This document shows positions 23,580 through 31,810 of a DNA stretch of 64,000 bases, piece by piece (the first letter of the stretch is position 1; each line of letters starts with the position of its first letter). The position numbers were made by a program, and so were the translations under genes. The notes under the pieces are model-generated. The model saw only the letters and a list, made by a program, of their open reading frames with translations. It did no database searches and was not told the origin of the DNA. The DNA is taken from contig CAWCFD010000002.1 of the NCBI GenBank assembly GCA_963794845.1, positions 890,960 to 954,959 on the forward strand, given 5' to 3'. This DNA comes from an uncultured Solirubrobacterales bacterium. Its GTDB lineage: Bacteria; Actinomycetota; Thermoleophilia; Solirubrobacterales; Solirubrobacteraceae.

Positions 23580-24240
23580 CGCAGGGCCTGGCCGATGCTC
23601 TGAACGAAGTCCTGAACCGGACCGTCACGGTCAACCACCTGCATATTCCCACCCGCCGCCTCTCGCTCGAGCTCGTCATAAGGCACCTGATCACCGACTG
23701 GGGCGTTAAGCCACGAACCGATGATTGGGAAACCATTCTCGACGAGTCGGTCGCGGGCTTCGACTAAAGGGATAAACAGGAAACTCGCCAGAGGAGGAAG
23801 TTGAACGCGGCGTGTGGGAACGCAGCCCGCAGCCGGTGCCTCCACAGCTCCTCGTAGCGACGCCCGAAGAGCCCTGCCCAGAATCTGAAGGAGACGCCGG
23901 CGACGACGCGTCCGCGTGCCACGAGCTTGCCCTTCTCCAACCGTTAGATCGCGATGATGGCCTGCTTGATCCCGTCGGGCTGGAGAATCTCGAAGTCGAG
24001 CAGCCACGTGTCCTTGATCGGCGTCTGCGGCTGACGCGCACCGAGGACGCCATTGATGGTGTTGCGCAGGAGCACCTCGAAGTGGTGGATCAGGCCAAAT
24101 GACGCGACGCTGAGCTCAGCGTGCCACTCGTACAGCGCCACCGCGCGCTCATGGTCGCCGCCGGCAGCGTCGAGGAACCGTGCGTAGCGCGGCTCGGATA
24201 GCCAGGCGAGTGCTTGCTGCTCGTCTACGTTCGCGCTAAA
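23580..24240 (-). pseudogene. Abi-like (Abi_2/AbiD-F type) abortive-infection gene, inactivated
   Basis: LAWLSEPRYARFLDAAGGDHERAVALYEWHAELSVASFGLIHHFEVLLRNTINGVL, then an in-frame TAA at 23944-23946, then SFRFWAGLFGRRYEELWRHRLRAAFPHA. The remaining C-terminal similarity is only seen in another frame. Confidence 0.55.
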
Positions 24241-24348
24241 CTATCTAACGACGCCCCGGTCCCGCCTAGGACTCCTCGGAGTTATGCGGCGGGGCTTTGT
24301 CGTTCCATACACGGCCAGCGCAGACCAGCCCGCCACCGTGGTCAGCGG

Positions 24349-24489
24349 CAAACCCTCAACCAACTTCCCCGTTTTCGCGCCAAATCCGCGCCAGTCCGAG
24401 CGCGGATCGAGCGTTTCAGGCGGTTTCCAGCGGTCCCGCTGCGCATCCCACGCGGAGCGGGCGTCTCGCCGAATCCCGCTCAACCATGC
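24349..24489. repeat. ~140-bp non-coding repeat, copy B (copy A at 10432..10573)
   Basis: Same conserved blocks and same orientation as copy A. Confidence 0.6.
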
Positions 24490-24558
24490 CAAATCTCACC
24501 TATCTCCTGGACCAGCGAGCATAGGAGGATGACATGCCGGCGATCGACCGTGTGCGCA

Positions 24559-24972
24559 TCATGCGCTCGCGGAGGCGACGCGCTCCACGACGAGGGCGAG
24601 GCGCCGGCGCACATCGGCGGCGATCTCCGAGAGCGCGGGGTTGCCGACGATCGAGAGCATCTGCTCGGCGTCGATGGCGGCGAGGTGTGTCTTGCCGTCG
24701 CGCTCATAGACGATCACGTTGCACGGAAGCAGCGCGCCAAGCTCGGGCTCGGCGTCGAGCGCTTGGTGAGCGAGCGGAGGGTTGCAGGCGCCGAGGATGA
24801 CATAGGGCTCGCGATCGACGCCGAGCTTCTGCTCGAGCGTCGCTTGGACGTCGATCTCGCAGAGCACTCCGAAGCCCTCCGAGGCCAGCTCCTCGCGGGC
24901 TCGGGCGAGCGCGTCCGCGAATGGCAGCTCAGTGGTGGCGCTCAGGGTGTAGCCGTTGCCAGCTTGGGACAT
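24559..24972 (-). CDS. DUF302 domain protein
   Basis: FADALARAREELASEGFGVLCEIDVQATLEQKLG...YVILGACNPPLAHQAL...LLPCNVIVYE is the typical DUF302 pattern. Confidence 0.75.
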   Translation of the reverse strand: MSQAGNGYTLSATTELPFADALARAREELASEGFGVLCEIDVQATLEQKLGVDREPYVILGACNPPLAHQALDAEPELGALLPCNVIVYERDGKTHLAAIDAEQMLSIVGNPALSEIAADVRRRLALVVERVASASA

Positions 24973-25307
24973 GCCTCCTCCAGTTCTTTTCGTCTTGCCT
25001 TGTCCGCCCTTTCACGCTGCGCCGCCGCCTCGGCGGGCTCGGCGAAGGTGCAGCCGAGATAGGCGAGGATGCCCTCCTCGCCGGCGATCGTCTCCTCGCC
25101 GGCGACCAGCACCGGGATCGTGCTCGTGCCCGTCGCCTCGCGCAGCTCCGACCGGGCGTCCGGGTCGACGGCCACCTGGTGGGCGAGGAAGGCGAGGCCC
25201 AGCTCCGTCAGGCGCTGGCGCACCCGACGCGAGGAGGGACACCACTCGGTCTGCCAGAGCTCGAGCGGCGTCTCGGGGATCGTGTTCGCGGGGACGGCCA
25301 TGTTCAC
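24942..25307 (-). CDS. glutaredoxin/GST-N-like thioredoxin-fold protein
   Basis: LELWQTEWCPSSRRVRQRLTELGLAFLAHQV...TGTSTIPVLV. It forms an operon with DUF302 and is divergent from ArsR. Confidence 0.6.
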   Translation of the reverse strand: MNMAVPANTIPETPLELWQTEWCPSSRRVRQRLTELGLAFLAHQVAVDPDARSELREATGTSTIPVLVAGEETIAGEEGILAYLGCTFAEPAEAAAQRERADKARRKELEEACPKLATATP

Positions 25308-25417
25308 AGTCGAGATCTACACCTCGACAACTGTAAAGCAGTAGATGATGGGGGAGGATAGCGCGGCGTTCATCGCTTGTCAACTACACAACTGTGTGCT
25401 TGGGCTACCATCGCCCG

Positions 25418-25789
25418 ATGGCAACGGCGGCGGCCCCCCTGTCTGAGCCGATGATCGAGCTTGTGGCTCAGCGCTTTCGGGTGCTGGGCGAGCCGATGCG
25501 CATAAAGCTGCTCGACCGCCTGCGCGAGGGAGACGCCACGGTCGGCGAGCTGAGGGAGGCGCTCGGCGCCTCGCAGCAGAACGTTTCCAAGCACCTCAGG
25601 ATCCTGCTGGATGCCGGCATGGTCAGCCGTGCCAAGCAGGGAAACCGTGCCCGCTACGCGATCAGCGACCCGAGCGTGTTCGAGCTGTGCGACCAGGTCT
25701 GTGGCGGCGTGCGCCGGCGCGCCTCCGAGCTTGACGCCATCGTCACAGCCCCCACTCGCCCGCGAGCGCGCACGGCTCCGAAGACGTAG
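25418..25789 (+). CDS. ArsR/SmtB-family transcriptional regulator
   Basis: FRVLGEPMRIKLLDRLREGDATVGELREALGASQQNVSKHLRILLDAGMVSRAKQGNRARYAI. Confidence 0.85.
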   Translation: MATAAAPLSEPMIELVAQRFRVLGEPMRIKLLDRLREGDATVGELREALGASQQNVSKHLRILLDAGMVSRAKQGNRARYAISDPSVFELCDQVCGGVRRRASELDAIVTAPTRPRARTAPKT

Positions 25790-25840
25790 GAGCCGAGCAT
25801 TCGGCGAACGGTCGATTGTGGACGGCTGTCTGTCAAGCGG

Positions 25841-27307
25841 TTGGCGTGTGCTGCCGATCAAACGGTGGTGCGGAGCATTCGCCTACCCGTCGCCCTGATC
25901 GTCGCCGTCGCGACGGCGCTCACGCCCGCGGTGGAGTCCGCTCAGGGCGCGGAATCCGGCGTGGTGGTGAATGGCTCGGTGGGGTTCTCGCCGCAGAGCG
26001 ACGGCCTGATCGCCGGCCTTGGGGTGGGCTGGGTGAGGAGCTACGTGTCGTGGAGCGCATTCGAACCGTCGCGCGGCCACATCAGCCAGGCGCAGGTGAG
26101 CGCCCTCGAAACCGACCTGGCGGGCCTGCCGGCCGGGACGAAGGTGATCCTCGACGTCGTGGACACCCCCCAATGGGAGTCGGGCTCTCCCAACCAGGTG
26201 ACGCCGCCGCGCCGCCCCGCCGACTATGGGCGCTTCGTCGGCGCCATGGCAAGGCGCTTCGCCGGTCGCGTGGCGGCCTGGGAGATATGGAACGAGGAGG
26301 ACGACTCCCTGTGGTGGGCGGGCGGCCCGCAAGCGACCGTCTACACGGCGATGTTGAAGGCGACCCACACCGCCGTGGAGGCGGCCGACCCGCACGCGAC
26401 CGTGGTGCTCGGCGGCTTGACGGGCAACGACTACGAGTATCTGTCCCAGCTCTACGCCGATGGGGCGAAGGGTTCCTTCGACGCGGTGGCGGTGCACACG
26501 GACACGATCTGCAGCCTGGTGTCGCCCTACGAAGTGCTGCGCAACGGGCGCGTTGACCAGCGCATCAACCGCTGGGCGTTCCTGGGCTACCGGACGGTGC
26601 ACGAAGTGATGCGGGCTCACGGCGACCACAGTCCGATCTGGATGACCGAGCTCGGCTGGAGCACCACCTCGCAGATCTGCAACTCGGGCAGGTTCGCCGG
26701 CCAGAAGGCCGGCGGCGTGAGCCCCCAACAGGCCGCCGCCTTCCTGCTTCAGGCCTACCACTGCCTCGCACAGGACAGCTACGTGCAGGTGGGCATCTGG
26801 TACGGGCTGCAGGAAACGGCGCCCTTCGACAGCCCGCGCGGCAGCTACGGTCTGCTCGACGCCAACCTCGTCCCGAAGCCCGCGTATGCCGCGCTCGCCG
26901 ACTACTCCCGCAACGGAGATCGCCTCACCGAACCGTGCCAAAACAGGGGAGGCCCCGTGGTCAAGCTGGTGCGCCCGAAGACGGGGGTGCGCTACACCAA
27001 CACGCTGCCCATCGCGGTGACCGCGAGCGACAGCTGGGGGGTGTACGAGATCTCGCTCTACAGCGACGGGCACGCGATCCGCAACTTCTACGTGCACCGC
27101 GGCGTCCCCACGCTGAGCGGTCAGATGATGTGGTACGGCGCGCGTTTGCTGAAGCCCGGCAGGCATGTGCTCACGGCGAGGGCGTTCGACGAGAGAAACA
27201 ACTCGAACGCCACCTCGATCACGATCGTGCGCGGGGTCACTTCCAAGAAGGCCGCGCACAGGCGCCACCCTCGGGGCACGCGCCTCCAGCCTCACAAGCA
27301 CGGTTGA
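25841..27307 (+). CDS. secreted TIM-barrel glycoside hydrolase (GH5/GH39-like) with C-terminal Ig-like domain
   Basis: Signal-like LPVALIVAVATALTPAVESAQG, WEIWNEED (acid/base NE) and IWMTELGWS (nucleophile E). The C-terminal beta-rich ~90 aa are followed by a basic tail. Confidence 0.7.
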   Translation: MACAADQTVVRSIRLPVALIVAVATALTPAVESAQGAESGVVVNGSVGFSPQSDGLIAGLGVGWVRSYVSWSAFEPSRGHISQAQVSALETDLAGLPAGTKVILDVVDTPQWESGSPNQVTPPRRPADYGRFVGAMARRFAGRVAAWEIWNEEDDSLWWAGGPQATVYTAMLKATHTAVEAADPHATVVLGGLTGNDYEYLSQLYADGAKGSFDAVAVHTDTICSLVSPYEVLRNGRVDQRINRWAFLGYRTVHEVMRAHGDHSPIWMTELGWSTTSQICNSGRFAGQKAGGVSPQQAAAFLLQAYHCLAQDSYVQVGIWYGLQETAPFDSPRGSYGLLDANLVPKPAYAALADYSRNGDRLTEPCQNRGGPVVKLVRPKTGVRYTNTLPIAVTASDSWGVYEISLYSDGHAIRNFYVHRGVPTLSGQMMWYGARLLKPGRHVLTARAFDERNNSNATSITIVRGVTSKKAAHRRHPRGTRLQPHKHG

Positions 27308-27366
27308 GCGGCGTAGCGCGAGCCGTCGCGGCCGCCGATCCCTAAACTTGTGCTACCGGAGTCCTT

Positions 27367-27458
27367 GGAGAGGTGGCCGAGTGGCTGAAGGCACTCGCCT
27401 GCTAAGCGAGTATGGGGGTTAAACTCCATCGCGGGTTCGAATCCCGCCCTCTCCGCCA
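27367..27458 (+). tRNA. tRNA-Ser (anticodon GCU), CCA encoded
   Basis: GGAGAGG TG GCC GAGTGGCTGAA GGC A CTCGC CTGCTAA GCGAG, a long variable arm, GCGGGTTCGAATCCCGC and CCTCTCC G CCA. Confidence 0.95.
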
Positions 27459-27679
27459 TAAGGTCTTCACGTTTGAAGGCCTCTCCAGTTCACGTTTGGG
27501 CTTGCCGGCGTGTGTTGTGGTGGGCCTTCGTGCGTCGGGGGCGCTGATGGGGGGTACCGGCGGGCCGCCTGGAATCTTGTGGGAGGATCACAGGCCGCCC
27601 GGACGGGTTTTTGAGGCGCCGCGGGACGCTGAGGTCTGGTCGGCGTCGCTGGGAGGGTCTGCTTGGGTGTGTGTGAGGT

Positions 27680-29335
27680 TCAGGCCGCGAGGTGCGGCGG
27701 CGCGTTGGCCTGGCTGGTGAGGTCGTGGGGGCTGCGCCGGCGCCGGCGGCGTTTGCGCGGCGGCAGCCCGCAGGCGGCGCGGCGCTGGCTCTCGGCCTGG
27801 CGGGCGGCGAAGGCCTCCGCTGTGCGGATGTTGGTGATGATGAAGGCGCAGGTGAGCATGAGCGCGTTGGGGGTCAGGCCCATCAGGCGGCTCCATCCGC
27901 GGCTGGTGTCGATGCCGGCCGGGTCGCTCGTCTGCGAGAAGCTGCGCTCGGAGGCGGTGCGCCGGGCGTAGGAGACGCGGTGCGCTTTGGAGGGGTAGTC
28001 GTGCTTCTGGGCGGTCTTCGCGTTAACGCTTGCCGGCACGGTGATCGTCTGTTGGGTGCAGCAGAGGGGCGGGTGCTCTGGCGGGTTTGCGATCGTCGGG
28101 CGCTCATGGGAGAGCTGCATGGATGCCGGCCTGTGCGGGCAGCGGATCTTGCCGGCCGCGGCGGGGCAGATCACGCGGCGGTAGCCGTCTTGATCGGCGG
28201 CGGTGAGCGGGGAGAGCTTGTGGCGGGAGAGCTCTTCGCTCTTTTGGTCGTGGGCGGTGAGCTCGGTCTCTGTGGCTCCGGGAGCTGGCGGGCCGAGCTG
28301 GAAGAGCGCCCTGGGCGTGGCCGGACAGTAGAGGTTGCCGTTGCAGGCGATAGCGCCCTCATGGCTGCCGTTGATGCCGCGGTCGCCCGGGTGCAGGTCG
28401 ATGACGAGTGCTGCGCCGGCCGTGCGCATCGGCGTCGCGAAGGTCTCTGGGGCGCGGTAGGAGTAGCCGCAGTCGCCGAGCAGGTCGCCGAGCTTTATGC
28501 CTTCGGCTGCCATGCGCTCGATCACGGGCACGATCATCGCGGGCGGGTCGTGCTTGGCGGAGGCGAGCGTGATCCTGCGCACGAGCTCCGGCACCTCGGG
28601 GCCGCCCTCTTCCTTGACGATCGTGGCGGCCTGCAGGTGGTAGCCGAAGAAGATCTCCTTCTTGCCGAAGGAGTTGGCTTTGCGGTGCCCGAAGGCGGCC
28701 TCCGGGTCGGCGCAGCGCTCCTGCTGCTTCTGCTCCCCCGCCTGCTCCTCCTCCTGCTCCTGCTCGCCGTCTGCCTGCCGGGGCTCTGCCTGCTGGGGCG
28801 GGCCCGGGCTGGCATCGCCTGTGTCCTTGCCCTCTTTCTCTTGAAGCGTCTTGCGCCCTCTGCGCGGCGGCCGCGCGAATGTCTCATAGTCGGTCCAGTC
28901 CACGGCCAGCGCGCTTGACTGGGGGACCCTCCCCCCGCCGAGCACCTTCACGCTGGCCTCGATCAGCGCGTCCATCACTTCAGAGAGCGCCTGTGAGGGC
29001 CGCCCGTCGGGCTTCTGCCTTGAGAGCGCCTCCTTCACGAGGCGGTAGGTGCGCTCCACCTGGCGGTAGGTGAGCTCATGAGGGCCCTCCTTCCAGTCGG
29101 CGATCACGCCCAGGCGGCGCTGATCGGGCTCGCTCAGGCCGATCAGCGCCCGGTGCACCCGCACAAGATGCGCGGGGCGGTCATCGTCGAGCGTGATCAG
29201 GGTCCCGAGCAGCAGCGTCCTGACGGAGAGCTGGCGGGGTCTGACGCCGACCGGCAGCATCGCCTCTATGCGCCGCGGCTCGCCGGAGGCGTCGAGGATC
29301 GCCTCAAGGCGCGGCAGGTCGGCGGCGGCGCTCAC
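27680..29335 (-). CDS. DDE-type transposase (IS4/IS5-superfamily-like) with acidic low-complexity insert
   Basis: Candidate D/D/E: AVDWTDYETF, LLGDCGYSY, ARRTASERSFSQTSDP..RGWSRLMGLTPNALMLTCAFIITNIR (typical C-terminal E..F...K...rG...a.Nl.R block). The GTG start at 29333-29335 overlaps the upstream TGA. Confidence 0.6.
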   Translation of the reverse strand: MSAAADLPRLEAILDASGEPRRIEAMLPVGVRPRQLSVRTLLLGTLITLDDDRPAHLVRVHRALIGLSEPDQRRLGVIADWKEGPHELTYRQVERTYRLVKEALSRQKPDGRPSQALSEVMDALIEASVKVLGGGRVPQSSALAVDWTDYETFARPPRRGRKTLQEKEGKDTGDASPGPPQQAEPRQADGEQEQEEEQAGEQKQQERCADPEAAFGHRKANSFGKKEIFFGYHLQAATIVKEEGGPEVPELVRRITLASAKHDPPAMIVPVIERMAAEGIKLGDLLGDCGYSYRAPETFATPMRTAGAALVIDLHPGDRGINGSHEGAIACNGNLYCPATPRALFQLGPPAPGATETELTAHDQKSEELSRHKLSPLTAADQDGYRRVICPAAAGKIRCPHRPASMQLSHERPTIANPPEHPPLCCTQQTITVPASVNAKTAQKHDYPSKAHRVSYARRTASERSFSQTSDPAGIDTSRGWSRLMGLTPNALMLTCAFIITNIRTAEAFAARQAESQRRAACGLPPRKRRRRRRSPHDLTSQANAPPHLAA

Positions 29336-30237
29336 GATGAGCCCCCCAAGAGCGCGACTATCTCCCGCTCGGGCAGTGCGGGCAGGGAGAAGGCGATATC
29401 CCCCAGCCGCTGTGAGCAACAGACCCCGGCGGCGGCCATGAACGCCTGCAGGCCGATCGCCTTCGCGGCCTCAGAGAGCCAGGTCGATCTCAGCCGCCCG
29501 GTATCAAGCCGTGGCAGGCCGGGATCGCAGAAGAGGGCGGTGATCTCGCCGCTGAGGTTCTTGCGGTCAGGAGCTCTGCCGCCGAGCAGGTACCTTCCTC
29601 CCGCGAACGCGGCGGCCTGCCGCAGCGGCTCCTGGTAGCGGCAGAGCACCGGCACGCTGCGCGCCCTGCCGCCGCCGATCGCCACCAGAAGCCCGCCGGA
29701 GCGCTCGGCCACATCGATGCCGCGGACGTGGCGAAGCTCTGAGCCGATCACCCCCGCGCCCGCGCCCAGGCAGATCAGCGCCGTTGCGCGCACCCGCCTC
29801 GATTGCGTGGACAGCGCAGAGGCGGCCGCCAGGAACAGGCCGATCTCATGGTCGCTGTATGGGGGCTTGGCGCGCTCTCTTGGCAGCGGGGTCGGCCCCG
29901 GCGGCGGGTGGGTCTGAAGCGTCCGGGCGAGCGCGCGCAGGTTGCTGCGCAGCGTGCGGCGGGTTGCCGGCGAGAAGCCCTGCGTGCCGCAGAGGATGAA
30001 GCGCTCGATGACCGCGCCATCCAGCAGCGTCGAGGGCTCGAGTTCCAAGCCGACCGACTCCCCGAAGCCCGCCAGGCGACTTGCGGCGAACAGAAGCGCC
30101 TTCGCCCGCGCCGGGCTCTCGGGATCAGCAGCGCCCACCACCTCCCGCGCGAAGGCGCCCGCGGCATCGCTCACGCCGTGCGAGCGGTAGGCGCAGATCG
30201 CGGCTGATACCCCCGAGGCGGGGTCTCTCCCGCTCAT
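29332..30237 (-). CDS. degenerate tyrosine-recombinase-like protein
   Basis: YSDHEIGLFLAAASAL..RATALICLGAGAGVIGSELRHVRGIDV..LLVAIGGGRARSVPV..GRLRSTWL resembles an integrase catalytic-domain layout, but canonical R/H/Y residues are not all identifiable. Confidence 0.4.
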   Translation of the reverse strand: MSGRDPASGVSAAICAYRSHGVSDAAGAFAREVVGAADPESPARAKALLFAASRLAGFGESVGLELEPSTLLDGAVIERFILCGTQGFSPATRRTLRSNLRALARTLQTHPPPGPTPLPRERAKPPYSDHEIGLFLAAASALSTQSRRVRATALICLGAGAGVIGSELRHVRGIDVAERSGGLLVAIGGGRARSVPVLCRYQEPLRQAAAFAGGRYLLGGRAPDRKNLSGEITALFCDPGLPRLDTGRLRSTWLSEAAKAIGLQAFMAAAGVCCSQRLGDIAFSLPALPEREIVALLGGSS

Positions 30238-30299
30238 CGTACGAGAGATATACTGTACGGTCAAGACGTGATGACTGCTCTCTCTGCCAGACTGTGCCC

Positions 30300-30677
30300 G
30301 TGAGCCGCGATCAGCCGGCACGCGAGCAGGCCAGACAGATCGCGGGCGAGCTCGCCAAGATCGCCCGCACCGGCAAGGTGCTGCCCGGCTCGATCCAGCA
30401 GCGCCTCACGCGCTGCGGACGGCCAGGCTGTGCCTGCCAGGCCGACCCACCACGCCCGCACGGCCCTTACTGGCAGTGGACGCGCAAGCTCTCAGGCAAG
30501 ACCGTCAGTAGATGGCTGAACGCCAGCCACGCCGCCGACTATGAGCACTGGATCGCCAACGACCGGCGCATCCGCGAGCTGCTCTCAGCCCTGGAGGCAA
30601 TCGGCATCGCCCACCTGGAAGCCGACCACTCGGCGCTGGCAAAAGACAAGCGCCCATCCGCCCGCCGCAGCGCCTGA
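30300..30677 (+). CDS. small Cys-rich (zinc-ribbon-like, DUF6788-like) protein
   Basis: GSIQQRLTRCGRPGCACQADPPRPHGPYWQWTRKLSGKTVSRWL. It is divergent from the recombinase-like gene and lies inside the TIR-bounded element. Confidence 0.5.
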   Translation: MSRDQPAREQARQIAGELAKIARTGKVLPGSIQQRLTRCGRPGCACQADPPRPHGPYWQWTRKLSGKTVSRWLNASHAADYEHWIANDRRIRELLSALEAIGIAHLEADHSALAKDKRPSARRSA

Positions 30678-30923
30678 GGCACGCCAGTGTGGTCAAACGC
30701 CGCTAAAGGTGTGGTCAACGCGCCAAGACACCCGAAAAAGCCCTGCAAACAACGAAACGTGAAGACCTAGCCATCTGCTCGAAGTGCGAACCTTTGCTCT
30801 GAGAACCGGGGTCGGGGTTCGCACGTCGTACCGGTCTCCGCGTCTGTCCGTCCTTCCCCTCCGTCCCGCGGACGGGCTGGCCATGAAATCGCTCCACGAG
30901 CGAGCCCGGGTGGCCACCGGTCG

Positions 30924-31346
30924 TCAGGCGTCGTAGGGCAGGATCGTGAAGGCTCCGCCCTGCAGTGGCGTAACGGCACGGAAATGCCGCTCGTCGAAGC
31001 TGACGATGCGATTGGTCCCGTAGCGGCTCGCGATCACGACCAGCGCGCAATCGGCGAGCCCAAGCTCAAGATCCGCATAGCGTGCGTCGAGCTCTCCGAT
31101 CGTGGCATAGTCCTCGCGCTCCAGACAGGCGACCGTAAATCGCCCGGCGGCGAGGTCGGCGATGAAATTTCGCCGTGGCCCACGTCCAACCCGCTGTCCG
31201 AGTAGGTAGTCCACCTCTGCGGTGACGGGTGCTGGAATGATCAGCGGTCCATCGACAGTCCGCATCAGCTTGTCGATGCGGGCGAATTGCGGATCGTTGA
31301 CATCGCCAAACGCCACAAGGGGAGCGGCGTCGATGACGACGGTCAC
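30924..31346 (-). CDS. vapC: PIN-domain toxin (VapC-like)
   Basis: VVIDAAPLVAFGD...AEVDYLL...LADCALVVIASRYGTNRIVSFDERHF. There is a 4-nt overlap with the upstream antitoxin. Confidence 0.8.
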   Translation of the reverse strand: MTVVIDAAPLVAFGDVNDPQFARIDKLMRTVDGPLIIPAPVTAEVDYLLGQRVGRGPRRNFIADLAAGRFTVACLEREDYATIGELDARYADLELGLADCALVVIASRYGTNRIVSFDERHFRAVTPLQGGAFTILPYDA

Positions 31347-31576
31347 TCGCCGAAGCCCTTAAGCAGATCCGCCTCTGGTACGTCCGCGATCGATGAACCG
31401 TCACCGTGACCGGAGCCGGCCAGTGCGAAGTTCCGGTCCTGGGACGGCTTGGGCTGGTAGGTAGCGACGGCCTCGCGCAGCACCTCTGCCTGTGACCTGC
31501 CCTCCTCACGGGCAAGGCGGGCGAGGCGCTGGGCCTGATCCTCATCAAGATAGACGCTTGTCTTACGCATTGGCAC
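31343..31576 (-). CDS. vapB: ribbon-helix-helix (CopG-like) antitoxin
   Basis: RKTSVYLDEDQAQRLARLAREEGRSQAEVLREAV. Confidence 0.75.
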   Translation of the reverse strand: MPMRKTSVYLDEDQAQRLARLAREEGRSQAEVLREAVATYQPKPSQDRNFALAGSGHGDGSSIADVPEADLLKGFGE

Positions 31577-31810
31577 TAGTATAGGGCATCGGGTAGGGCA
31601 CTAAGTTCGGCCTGCCGCGGGCGCACTTGACCCGAGGTCCGCCCGTCAGCTCTCCGCTTGGCGGATCGCCTGAGCTGCTCGTCGGCGTGCCTCCCGCCCA
31701 GCCGGCTCCATCGGAAGCTGGACCAAAGCCTCAAGCTGGGCGTGACGGTTTGCAACGCGTCCCGAACTCTCCGTCCCTGTTCGCCCTGCGCAGGGGCTTC
31801 GCAGCACCGC

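Larger units (their letters stand above)
27461..30768. mobile_element. 3.3-kb three-gene transposon-like element with 14-bp perfect terminal inverted repeats
   Basis: AGGTCTTCACGTTT at 27461-27474 and its reverse complement AAACGTGAAGACCT at 30755-30768. A second TTCACGTTTG lies at 27489-27498. The left end is 2 nt after the tRNA-Ser CCA. Confidence 0.7.

Noticed and set aside
30795-30835. Possible attR-type repeat of the tRNA-Ser 3' end (GGGTTCG...TCTCCGC)
   Set aside because: Only two short blocks match, with different spacing (10 vs 13 nt). The element is already explained by exact 14-bp TIRs, so an integrase-type att duplication is not supported.
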